Below, piece after piece: positions 50,088 to 58,588 of a stretch of 64,000 bases of DNA. This DNA comes from Staphylococcus phage SAC. Every line of letters begins with the position of its first letter. Within the stretch, counting starts at the first letter, position 1. Both the position numbers and the translations under genes were made by a program. Under the pieces are notes generated by a model. That model had not been told where the DNA came from, did no database searches, and saw only the letters and a program-made list of their open reading frames with translations. The stretch lies in the sequence record OR234014.1; one strand, written 5' to 3'.

Positions 50088-50912
50088 CTAGTAATTACGT
50101 TTATATGTGTTTGAGAAAATATCTAAGTCATCTCCAAAAGTAGACTTAATGCCTTTACCTATTTCTTCAGCATCCCTTTTGTCATTTGTTCCTGTAATGC
50201 TAACATTCACAGATACATTATTTTGAGATGCAGTACTTCCTGAAGCACTACTAAGTATCGGGTTTCTTAATACGGACGTATATGATGATGGTATAGCTCC
50301 ACCGCCACCGCCACCTGACTTACCGTATTTGCTTACATAACTTTTAGCGTTATTTACTCGAGTACTCATCATAGCCTCTCCAGCACCCATACGCTCAAAA
50401 CCTTGTGCAAAAGCTTTTGTATTTTTTTCTAAACTACCACTTTTACTCCATCCTGCATTTTTAAGCATATCACTATTTTGACCAGAACTCATTTCTTTCC
50501 ATAAGAAATCTAACTGTGCGTCTAAGTCATTAGACTTCTTACCTTTAGATTTAGCAAAGCTATCAAGGTCTGATTTCCTACTACCTAACCATTGTGCAAT
50601 GCCAAAAGCACCACTAGAGGCGTTCTTTGCATTAGGGTCAAGCCCTGATTCTTGCTTAAGGTTACCCATAACGGCACCTACTTGGTTATCGGATAAACCT
50701 TTACCTTTAAGGAATTTGTAAATCTTACCCGCACCTTCTCCATCTACATCGGAAGCTGAACCCCCTGAGTCAGAACTACTGTCTGAACCTCCTGAGTCTA
50801 GCGCTTTAGCATCTTCTATAATTTGTTGTGCTCTATCTAATAGGTTACTGTAAGTTTTTAAGTTTTTAGTTTCTGATTTATTATTCTTTTCTCTTAGTTG
50901 TTCTGTAGACAT
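50088..50912 (-). CDS. tail lysozyme-like / lytic transglycosylase-like protein
   Basis: GNLKQESGLDPNAKNASSGAFGIAQW is a lysozyme-like motif. The protein is G/S-rich. Confidence 0.5.
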   Translation of the reverse strand: MSTEQLREKNNKSETKNLKTYSNLLDRAQQIIEDAKALDSGGSDSSSDSGGSASDVDGEGAGKIYKFLKGKGLSDNQVGAVMGNLKQESGLDPNAKNASSGAFGIAQWLGSRKSDLDSFAKSKGKKSNDLDAQLDFLWKEMSSGQNSDMLKNAGWSKSGSLEKNTKAFAQGFERMGAGEAMMSTRVNNAKSYVSKYGKSGGGGGGAIPSSYTSVLRNPILSSASGSTASQNNVSVNVSITGTNDKRDAEEIGKGIKSTFGDDLDIFSNTYKRNY

Positions 50913-50970
50913 TTTCTGTTTTTTATTATTTATACCATTTGTTAAAATATATAAGTATTATAATTGTATT

Positions 50971-51840
50971 CTAAAAATTAGATTCTAATAATTGTTTTAA
51001 TTTTCTACCTATTGCTTTCCCTGTTTCATTAGGGTTTTTACTTTTAGGTACTTCTATGTTATATTTAAGATTCTTTGGTTGATGGTCGTTTTTTAGAGCA
51101 TGTCTAGGCATAACATCACTGCCTCCACCTCCGCCACCTATGAACTTGTCTGAACCTTTCATAATACTGGCAATCATAGTATCCCAATTACCTGCTGTTG
51201 CATATTCATGAACACCATTGTTGTGTCTCATATCGTGTAAGTTCTTTTGTCCTTTGTTGTAGAAGTTGTCTCTAATCCATTTAGCACCACCAACAATACC
51301 CAAACCATAGTTAAAACCATTATTAGGATTGTTATCAAAAGCACCTATACCGAACCAGTTACCTTTGTTAGGGTCTCCTCCTTTGGAAAGATTTGATGTT
51401 CCCCAGCCTGTCTCAACAGCACTATGTGCTACTAAATACCTTGGGTCAAGTCCTGACTCTTTACCTGCTTTCATATAAAGCTCACCTAAACCACGCATTT
51501 TAGAATTACTAGGTGCTTGAGACTCAATCCATTTATTTAACATTTCGGCGTTTACACCTTTAGCAGTTTTACCTAAGTCATGCTTAGTTACGTCTTTATC
51601 CGTAAAGTTTTTACCATCAAGGTAGTCAAGTGTTCCTCCTGATGAACTGTCGTTAGAACTACTACCTTTATTTGTTAGGTTATCTGCTAAATGGTCTAAG
51701 AAATGTGAGTATACTGTTACATTTCCTTCTCTAGAATCATTATTCTTTTCTCTTTTTTCTTCTGCTTTTTGCCTGTCTTTACTTTGTGATTTATCATTAA
51801 TACCATAAGTTAAAACATATAAACAATAGTATACTTTCAT
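50971..51840 (-). CDS. N-acetylglucosaminidase-like peptidoglycan hydrolase (start uncertain)
   Basis: AHSAVETGWGTS...NWFGIGAFD is a glucosaminidase-like motif. The hydrophobic N-terminus MKVYYCLYVL may be spurious. Confidence 0.5.
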   Translation of the reverse strand: MKVYYCLYVLTYGINDKSQSKDRQKAEEKREKNNDSREGNVTVYSHFLDHLADNLTNKGSSSNDSSSGGTLDYLDGKNFTDKDVTKHDLGKTAKGVNAEMLNKWIESQAPSNSKMRGLGELYMKAGKESGLDPRYLVAHSAVETGWGTSNLSKGGDPNKGNWFGIGAFDNNPNNGFNYGLGIVGGAKWIRDNFYNKGQKNLHDMRHNNGVHEYATAGNWDTMIASIMKGSDKFIGGGGGGSDVMPRHALKNDHQPKNLKYNIEVPKSKNPNETGKAIGRKLKQLLESNF

Positions 51841-51989
51841 ATATAACCTATCGTATTAGTTATGTATATTTATTTAATAACAAGTTTACCTTACAAAATA
51901 AGAAAGGTTTATATGCAGAAGTAGAATACAAATTTTAATTATTTATATATTTTAACAATGTTTAAATATACACGCTACTGTATATTCTC

Positions 51990-52358
51990 TAGTTATTTCT
52001 AGACACTACCTTTCGGTACGTGCGCAGACTATTTGTTATCCCTATTAGTATAGGGTGAGTATTTTTCTTCCACCAATCACTTGTGGCTTTACTTCCGTCA
52101 CCTATACGGAATAGTCGTTGAACGTGTTCCGTAGACCTTTCAGGTCTTTAGGACTTTCGATGCTATACACCCATTGTACTTCTCCTTAGGATTTAACCTT
52201 AGAGTATCTAACTAATTTTTTCTGATTTCTCAACATTCAAGCCTAGTCTTTCGACTTACTTTGTAGTTTAGTTAGCTTTAGTAGTTTCATAGCAGTTAAC
52301 ACTCGGTACTTACAGATTGCTCTATAAGCAAGGCAATTAGTATATAACTAATTATGTT
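51990..52358 (-). mobile_element. group I intron-like element at the 3' end of the TMP gene
   Basis: R element GTTCAACGACTAT (52111-52123, reverse complement), S-like AATAGTCTGCGC, GAAA-tetraloop hairpins, and a 65-nt block (52216-52280) nearly identical to tail-tube intron 1 (58072-58135). The internal guide sequence GCCTT pairs with exon AAGGT. Confidence 0.5.
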
Positions 52359-55289
52359 ACCTTTTTTATTTTTCACTGTCTCGTCTAATTTAGAAGGGTT
52401 ATCTGGTGTGAAGAAATCTGTTATGCCACCCCATAGTTTACCTACAGGAGAGTCTTGGAATTTATTCTTACCATCTTTATCTCCATTAGACCATAATTTC
52501 CAACCATCACTTGTCATAGAACCTTCCGCTGTTTTCGTAGCATAATCTCTTAAGCCATCTCCATAGCCTAAATTTAACGGGTCTATAATACTTCCTATAG
52601 TATTACCAAATTTAGAAGAAGCTTCTTTAGTATCTCCTTGTATTAAAGAACTACCTATATCAAACGCCGATAGACCTGCACCAATCCAACCTAGCTTACT
52701 TGTAAGACCACCTAGTTTACCAAGACCTCCTGCGTTAGCAGTAGGTGCTTGTGACATAAAACCTAAGTCAGAACCTTTACCGCTAAATTTACCTTTAGCT
52801 TTACCAAAAGCTCCCTTACCTTTGTTCCATGCACCTTTACCTAGGTCTTTGGTTCTTCCCATATATTCACCAAAAGTAAAATCTCTTTTTCCAAAGGTAT
52901 CAAATAAGGTTTTACCCATGCCTTTAGCAGTTTGTCCTGCTCCTTTTGCTTGGTCTTTAAATGGTCGGTCTCCACCTCTAGGGTTATCACCTAGTATAGT
53001 GTCAGCTAAGTTTTTAAGTCCTCCAAAGCGTCCACCACCGTTAGGATTACCACCAGGTTTACCACCACCAGTCTTACCTGTTGAACCTCCTTTACGGTTA
53101 TTAAACCAATCTTTTAGTCCTTTTTGACCTTTACCTAATAAAGAACCACCAGCCATCATGGCAGTAGATTTAGCTAAAGATGCTACAAAGGCAAGTACTG
53201 CTCCTGAAGCTAGGTATAAAGGAGCTGGCAAGCTTGCCATAGCACTATGAACATCTCTAATAGGTTGAGCTAAGTCATAAATATCCTCAGCTTTATCATC
53301 TGTCTTAGCTTTGTTATGGTCATTTCTACCTGCTTTAGACTCGGAATACTTATCCTTATTTTTATCTCCTGCTTTAGAGCCCTCTTGTTCCATGCTCTTA
53401 GCTTTACTAGCTAACTCTTCTTTAGATAGTTTACCTGAGGCGTAAAGATTGTACAACTCATCTGTTTGCTCTTGTGTTAAGTTAGCTCCCATGCTTTCAA
53501 AGCCTTTTTTAGCTATGGCTTGTTTTTCTTTTGTTGTACTTCCTATATTATTAGCTTGGTCAAATATATTAACTAAGTTATTAGGGTCTGATATACCTTT
53601 ATCCATTTGTGCTTGTAAGTCATGCATACCTTCTAATCCTTGGTACTTAGTACCCCATCCCATTGCTAATCTAGTATAAGAATTACCCATACCATTTTTA
53701 ATACCTTGGTCAATACTACTTAAGGCTTGAGCTCCTTGTGCACCTTGTAGACCTTTACTACCTGTACCCGCTACTTGAGCTTGTAGAGAAGTAAGATTAG
53801 ACATTTCTCCTTTAGATAATGTTCTACCTTGTCCTGACTGCTCGGCAATAGTACTTAAAGCTCTTAATTGCTCGTCTTGTCTACCAACCATATCAGATTC
53901 ACGTATACCACCTAAGAAAGCATCTTGCATAGCTTTCATATTATCTGAGTTTACGCCACCTGTATGCATAAGTTGTGACATGGATTGCTGATAAGCTTCT
54001 TGGTCTTGTATACCTAATGAACGACCACCTACAGCTAACTGTTTAGCTCCTTTATACGTATCTGCATCGCTTTTATGTCCTATAGAACTTTCATATGACG
54101 TAGCCATTTTTAGCATGTCAGTTGAATTATAACCAAGCTTATTATCTATTGACAAATCTCCATATGTATTTCTTACTGCGTCTATATCCATATTATCTGA
54201 ATTTTGTCCTAATGATGTTACCATAGGTCTATTTGCCTCGGATAAGGAGGCACCTTTCATATACATACCACCTGCAAGAGCAGTTACTGCCATAGTAGCA
54301 TGTGCACCAATAGATGGTAATCTATCTTGGAACAATTTACCCATTGTTCCTCGTTGCTGTTCTATCTCACGCTGAGCAAACTGTTTTTTAGCACTATTTT
54401 TATAGTAGTTGATTGACTTGTCTAATTCAGCACCTGTTTTTCTATAAACTTCAGAAAGCTTTTCACTTTCATCAATCATCATTTTAATAGAAGCTGATTG
54501 TTTTTTATAATCCTCAGAACTTATTTCACCACGAGCTCTTTTGCCTACTAAATCTTGTTGTTGTTGTCTATAACCTCTATATCTATCTTGGTTTTCTTTT
54601 ATTCTTCTATTGTTAGCTTCTCGTTGCTTTTCAAAAGTGTCTACTTTACCTAATTCAGAACGTACTCTAGCACCTTGGTCATAGGACATTCTATTAGAGC
54701 CTTCAGACCTAGATATATGACCTCTAACCATATTACGATTAGCTCTTAGTTGCTTTGTGTACTCCTTAGCTGAACTGGCATCTTTTACTAATTTATTATA
54801 CTCTTCTGTAACTTGGTTCAGTGTTTTCATTTCTTTTATTCTGTTTGTTATATCTGAGTCTGAACCAATCTTTTGAGATGCTACTTTCTCTAGTTCTGTT
54901 TGTGTATTATTTAGTGTCTTATTAAGTTTACTATATACTTTCTCTACTTCAGGGTCAGGAGCTATACCCTTTGTAATATTATCTGTTTGTATGTCATTTA
55001 AAGCTTTCTTTAGGTCGTTTATATTCTTAGTTACATTCTGTGTAGAACTAATAGCCTCATCCATAGCTTTTGGTGATATTAAAGACTTATCACTTTGTTT
55101 ATCCATAATGTTTTGTACAGATTTTACTTCTTTTGCTATTACTTTTAATTTCTCTAAGAAGTTTGTTAATGGTGCATCTATGTTTTTAGACTCTAACGCA
55201 TCCATGTACATCTCTATAGCTTTTAAACTTTGTTCTAAGCTAGAACTATCACCAGTCAAGACCAACCTATAATCGTCATTCATTGCCAA
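52296..55289 (-). CDS. tail tape-measure protein (the true exon 1 may end at 52359 after ...KNKKG)
   Basis: 997 aa, G-rich, a long alpha-helical protein placed after the tail chaperones. The hydrophobic tail NIISYILIALLIEQSVSTEC is probably intron read-through. Confidence 0.65.
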   Translation of the reverse strand: MAMNDDYRLVLTGDSSSLEQSLKAIEMYMDALESKNIDAPLTNFLEKLKVIAKEVKSVQNIMDKQSDKSLISPKAMDEAISSTQNVTKNINDLKKALNDIQTDNITKGIAPDPEVEKVYSKLNKTLNNTQTELEKVASQKIGSDSDITNRIKEMKTLNQVTEEYNKLVKDASSAKEYTKQLRANRNMVRGHISRSEGSNRMSYDQGARVRSELGKVDTFEKQREANNRRIKENQDRYRGYRQQQQDLVGKRARGEISSEDYKKQSASIKMMIDESEKLSEVYRKTGAELDKSINYYKNSAKKQFAQREIEQQRGTMGKLFQDRLPSIGAHATMAVTALAGGMYMKGASLSEANRPMVTSLGQNSDNMDIDAVRNTYGDLSIDNKLGYNSTDMLKMATSYESSIGHKSDADTYKGAKQLAVGGRSLGIQDQEAYQQSMSQLMHTGGVNSDNMKAMQDAFLGGIRESDMVGRQDEQLRALSTIAEQSGQGRTLSKGEMSNLTSLQAQVAGTGSKGLQGAQGAQALSSIDQGIKNGMGNSYTRLAMGWGTKYQGLEGMHDLQAQMDKGISDPNNLVNIFDQANNIGSTTKEKQAIAKKGFESMGANLTQEQTDELYNLYASGKLSKEELASKAKSMEQEGSKAGDKNKDKYSESKAGRNDHNKAKTDDKAEDIYDLAQPIRDVHSAMASLPAPLYLASGAVLAFVASLAKSTAMMAGGSLLGKGQKGLKDWFNNRKGGSTGKTGGGKPGGNPNGGGRFGGLKNLADTILGDNPRGGDRPFKDQAKGAGQTAKGMGKTLFDTFGKRDFTFGEYMGRTKDLGKGAWNKGKGAFGKAKGKFSGKGSDLGFMSQAPTANAGGLGKLGGLTSKLGWIGAGLSAFDIGSSLIQGDTKEASSKFGNTIGSIIDPLNLGYGDGLRDYATKTAEGSMTSDGWKLWSNGDKDGKNKFQDSPVGKLWGGITDFFTPDNPSKLDETVKNKKGNIISYILIALLIEQSVSTEC

Positions 55290-55342
55290 ACAGTATTCAC
55301 CACCTAATCAAAAAATAAGGGTATTGGTGTTATACCATTACC

Positions 55343-55801
55343 CTACATGTACCAATCATCTACATCTTCTATTGCTTTGTTTATATCTTCTTGTGTTGTT
55401 TCTTTGTTATCAATACCTAAACTTTCATCAAGCTCTTTTTGTTTTTGTCTTATGTGTTCCATCATAGCTAAATGTTGAGTTGTTAATCCCTCGGTTTCAT
55501 CTTCTAACTCAGCTTCAACTCGTCTATCTCTTTCTATCTTTTCTTTCTCACTTAAACTTTTATCTACTTGTGTATTTAAATCATCTAAGTCTAAGAAATC
55601 AGGAACAACATCAAATTCATCTGTCGGCGCTTCGAACCATGATGTGTCTACGTCTTCCGCTTTCATATCATAGTTTTTACCGTCTCTAGCTTCCATCATT
55701 TCTTTTGTATCTAAATTCATGTTAGCTATAATAAACTCTATTTGATAGTCATCTAAATCTTTAAAACGTTGTTCGGTAGGTAGCACATTAAACTCACGCA
55801 T
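55343..55801 (-). CDS. tail assembly chaperone-like acidic protein
   Basis: 152 aa, very acidic, directly upstream of TMP. Confidence 0.4.
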   Translation of the reverse strand: MREFNVLPTEQRFKDLDDYQIEFIIANMNLDTKEMMEARDGKNYDMKAEDVDTSWFEAPTDEFDVVPDFLDLDDLNTQVDKSLSEKEKIERDRRVEAELEDETEGLTTQHLAMMEHIRQKQKELDESLGIDNKETTQEDINKAIEDVDDWYM

Positions 55802-55892
55802 GATAGCCCATAAGTTTCTTGATAAAGGCTCTCTAGCTATATGTGAAAGTCCACCTAACCGTTCTATATCTTCATTTAACTTCTTTACGTTA

Positions 55893-56321
55893 CTAGTAAC
55901 GAAAGGACGTCATAAAGTCTAACCAATCATCCCACATAATAGCAAGTGGAGTTAGGTTATAAATCTCTTCAGGGTCTCTAAATTCTTTAGGTACTTCTAC
56001 CCCTACTTCTTGTAGAGTAGCTAACATCTGATAAGCATTAATAACTTGGTCAGATTGATAAGCATCCATTCCACCTAAGTATGCAGAACGTAAAGCCATG
56101 ATATTACCTTGTTCTCTAGCATTAGGTAATCTAATTTTTACTTTGAATTTTAAATCTAATTCTTCAAAGTTGTATCCTTTCTCCCATACATCATTAACAC
56201 CTTTAATTACTTTGTTAATAACACGCTCTTTATCTTTTCGTTGCTGATATTTTAACTCATCAATTTCTTCAGGTGTCATATCTTTAATATCTTTTTGTTC
56301 TTTTTCCAATTCTTTATCCAT
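55893..56321 (-). CDS. tail assembly chaperone-like protein
   Basis: 142 aa, lying between the tail tube and TMP. Confidence 0.4.
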   Translation of the reverse strand: MDKELEKEQKDIKDMTPEEIDELKYQQRKDKERVINKVIKGVNDVWEKGYNFEELDLKFKVKIRLPNAREQGNIMALRSAYLGGMDAYQSDQVINAYQMLATLQEVGVEVPKEFRDPEEIYNLTPLAIMWDDWLDFMTSFRY

Positions 56322-56409
56322 CCTTTATTATTTTCTCATAATTAATATAACAGCTAACTTATGTTTTTTATACACATACAGTATAACATAATGTGGTTAT
56401 AACTCCAAA

Positions 56410-56718
56410 TTACTTAACATATTCAGCTACTCTTTTTTCAATTTCTTGTAACCTTTGTTCAATTGTTTCACTATTTTTAAGTAAGTAAATGTAGTAATCT
56501 TGAAGTGAGTCATAATATTCAAAATCAATCGTCAAAATCTCTTGACCCTCAAAATACTTTTTAGTGATTTTACCTGCTTGTTCCGTTAAGGTTTTAAACT
56601 TGTCAAGAATTTGATTGATTGCAATAGCAGTTGTCTTACTTGTTAAATCTACATTCTGTGGGAATTTATGTAACTCAATTTTCATTTCTTCATGGATAGC
56701 TCTTAATTTATTTGTCAT
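56410..56718 (-). CDS. hypothetical protein
   Basis: ORF of 102 aa with a promoter upstream. Confidence 0.4.
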   Translation of the reverse strand: MTNKLRAIHEEMKIELHKFPQNVDLTSKTTAIAINQILDKFKTLTEQAGKITKKYFEGQEILTIDFEYYDSLQDYYIYLLKNSETIEQRLQEIEKRVAEYVK

Positions 56719-56748
56719 TTTTTATTCTCCTCTTTATTAATGTAACCT

Positions 56749-56778
56749 TAGTATATATTATGTATTTACTTATGTCAA
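56749..56778 (-). promoter_or_regulatory. sigma-A-type promoter TTGACA-N18-TATACT
   Basis: Reverse complement reads TTGACAtaagtaaatacaataataTATACT, upstream of 56410-56718. Confidence 0.4.
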
Positions 56779-57224
56779 TACTTTATTTTTAAATTTTTAT
56801 CATAATAATCATTTAAATTTAATGTTTTGTGGTTATCTGTGACTCTGTTATAGTACATAGTTACAACTTCACCTGTTTCAACTTCTATAACTAAATATTG
56901 GTAAGATAATTTATTATTTACTTTTACTACATAAGGGTGTCTAACAACTACCCTACGTTGTATTTTGTTATTGTATAATGTTTCATTATATTCTATAATA
57001 TCTAAGTTCTTATTATGTATATAATGAACAAACGCTTTAAAATTTACTGGTTTCTTACATTTACCTTTGAAGTGATTTGTTAACTTAAAGTAATTATTTT
57101 TATTATAAGCCTCTTTTAGTAAGTTCCTACATATAATTATTTCTTGATTAGTCATTTGTTTATAATGCTTCTTTACTTGCCTGTTTTTACTTGTTGTTCT
57201 TCTGCCTGAATAAAAAGTTTTCAC
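56775..57224 (-). CDS. hypothetical basic protein
   Basis: 149 aa, lysine- and asparagine-rich. Confidence 0.35.
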   Translation of the reverse strand: MKTFYSGRRTTSKNRQVKKHYKQMTNQEIIICRNLLKEAYNKNNYFKLTNHFKGKCKKPVNFKAFVHYIHNKNLDIIEYNETLYNNKIQRRVVVRHPYVVKVNNKLSYQYLVIEVETGEVVTMYYNRVTDNHKTLNLNDYYDKNLKIKY

Positions 57225-57248
57225 AGTTCATCATCTCCTTATATAACT

Positions 57249-57278
57249 ATAGTATTACAGTTATTTATAATTGTCAAT
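57249..57278 (-). promoter_or_regulatory. sigma-A-type promoter TTGACA-N18-TACTAT
   Basis: Reverse complement reads TTGACAattataaataactgtaaTACTAT, upstream of 56775-57224. Confidence 0.35.
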
Positions 57279-57398
57279 ACCTTTATGCTTATTTTTTCTA
57301 GAATATTTTGTTTTATCTTTTTTAATTCTTGTTGTTGGTTTAATTTTCCATGTTGCCCTTGAATTACTTACTTTACCTATTGTTTTCCTGTTTGTCAT
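57261..57398 (-). CDS. small basic protein (45 aa)
   Basis: GGAGG RBS six nt upstream of the ATG at 57398. Reads MTNRKTIGKVSNSRATWKIKPTTRIKKDKTKYSRKNKHKGIDNYK. Confidence 0.3.
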   Translation of the reverse strand: MTNRKTIGKVSNSRATWKIKPTTRIKKDKTKYSRKNKHKGIDNYK

Positions 57399-57451
57399 TT
57401 AGTACACCTCCTTTTATTTTTAATTATAATACAGTACTTCTAATAAAACAA

Positions 57452-57487
57452 GTATAAAAAAAGACCTAACTTTTATTGTTAGGTCTT
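57452..57487 (-). terminator. rho-independent terminator after the tail-tube gene
   Basis: Stem AAGACCTAAC/GTTAGGTCTT followed by T7 on the minus strand. Confidence 0.6.
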
Positions 57488-57497
57488 AATACGAAAT

Positions 57498-57524
57498 TTA
57501 AGTTCTAGCCTTATCTGATGCTGT
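57498..57524 (-). CDS. tail tube protein, exon 3 (TASDKART-stop)
   Basis: Follows omega-G at 57525 (...GGGTATAGAGG|ACAGCA). It completes a 142-aa protein. Confidence 0.65.
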   Translation of the reverse strand, partial: TASDKART

Positions 57525-57822
57525 CCTCTATACCCTATCTTTCGATATATTTTAAAGGGAGTAGACTATACCATAATCTTAATGTGTAACTAAGACTCAC
57601 TTATTATAGTCGTTGAAGCTTCCCACTCTCGTAGGCTTGCCTGCGTATCATCTATTTTACTGTACTTAGGGTTTAACCTTATACTATACTAGATATTTTT
57701 TCTGATTTCTCAACATTCAAGCTTACCCTTTCAGGTTACTTTGTAGTTATCTAGTCTTTAAGACTTTCACGCAATTTAAAGTGTTTTCTATGCTTGTCAC
57801 CAAACATAGCCTCTATTAGTTA
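57525..57822 (-). mobile_element. group I intron 2 of the tail-tube gene (no ORF)
   Basis: The 5' end TAACTAATAGAGG resembles intron 1. The internal guide sequence GAGG pairs with exon CCTT. R element GCTTCAACGACTATAA (57585 region, reverse complement). S-like element TATAGTCTAC (57555 region, reverse complement). Confidence 0.65.
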
Positions 57823-57896
57823 AAGGTAGCTAAACTCAATTTCTTCTGTTACAATTTCATTTGTCTGCCAAGTCTCGTTGTAGTTGTTTGCTGAAC
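57823..57896 (-). CDS. tail tube protein, exon 2 (74 nt: C-SANNYNETWQTNEIVTEEIEFSYL)
   Basis: Open frame flanked by intron ends. Joining with exon 1 creates a TGT Cys codon across the splice junction. Confidence 0.65.
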
Positions 57897-58198
57897 CGTT
57901 TATACCCTATCTTTCGATATATTTTAAAGGGACTAGACTATACCATAATCTTAATATGTAACTAAGACTTACCTATTATAGTCGTTGAACCTTCTCCATT
58001 TTACAGGAGCTTGGATGCTAATTACCAATTATGTAGTACTTAGGATTTAACCTTATACCATCTAACTAATTTTTTCTGATTTCTCAACATTCAAGCCTAG
58101 TCTTTCGACTTACTTTGTAGTTTAGTTAGCTTTACGGTGTTCTAGCAATTTAAGGTATTATTCAATGCACATCACTGTACAAGGGGTCTATTTAGTTA
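57897..58198 (-). mobile_element. group I intron 1 of the tail-tube gene (no ORF)
   Basis: The internal guide sequence GACC pairs with exon TGGTT. R element GTTCAACGACTA (57981-57992, reverse complement). GAAA-tetraloop hairpins. The 3' end GGGTATAAACG is identical to the pol intron. Confidence 0.65.
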
Positions 58199-58526
58199 AA
58201 CCATGGTAACTAATAATAACTTGTTTCGTTAAGTTATCTACTACTAAGATATCAATAATATCTTTCTTAAGAATTTCTTCACCAAGTGAAGCATATCCTA
58301 AATCTGCGAAGTTTTCTTTTTTCATACGTAAACGTTCTAGTGTAATTGTACCAGCATATTTTAAGTAAACATGCTCTTGTGGCATAATACTACCAATTTC
58401 GTATACACCAGTAGTTCCGTATTCACGTTGACCTTTAGCAGATTGTGCTCTTCCAACTGGTTTACCTTTTACCATTAGCATAACGGTATTACCAGTATGG
58501 ACAGACTGCTTAGCCTCTGAAGCCAT
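58199..58526 (-). CDS. tail tube protein, exon 1 (109 codons plus 1 nt)
   Basis: MASEAKQSVHTGNTVMLMVKGKPVGRAQS...ISYHG lies directly downstream of the sheath gene. The annotated LTK-stop tail is intron read-through. Confidence 0.7.
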
Positions 58527-58588
58527 ATTAATTCACTCTCCTATTAAATTTAATAGGAGTACCTAAACTAGGTACTCCTTGTCCTAGT

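Noticed and set aside
52296-52358. The C-terminal 20 residues of the annotated TMP ORF (NIISYILIALLIEQSVSTEC) as a real transmembrane tail
   Set aside because: They begin exactly at a GGT|A junction followed by a group I-type 5' region with a matching guide sequence. The segment is more likely intron read-through, but this is not proven.
604-55689. All plus-strand ORFs in the track (for example 604-810, 3220-3495, 9251-9478, 17902-18297, 18358-18789, 38983-39189, 44814-45290, 52822-53127, 58746-59123)
   Set aside because: Each lies antisense inside a well-supported minus-strand gene. They lack RBSs and have low-complexity S/L/F-rich translations typical of AT-rich antisense frames. Gene organisation is strictly unidirectional.
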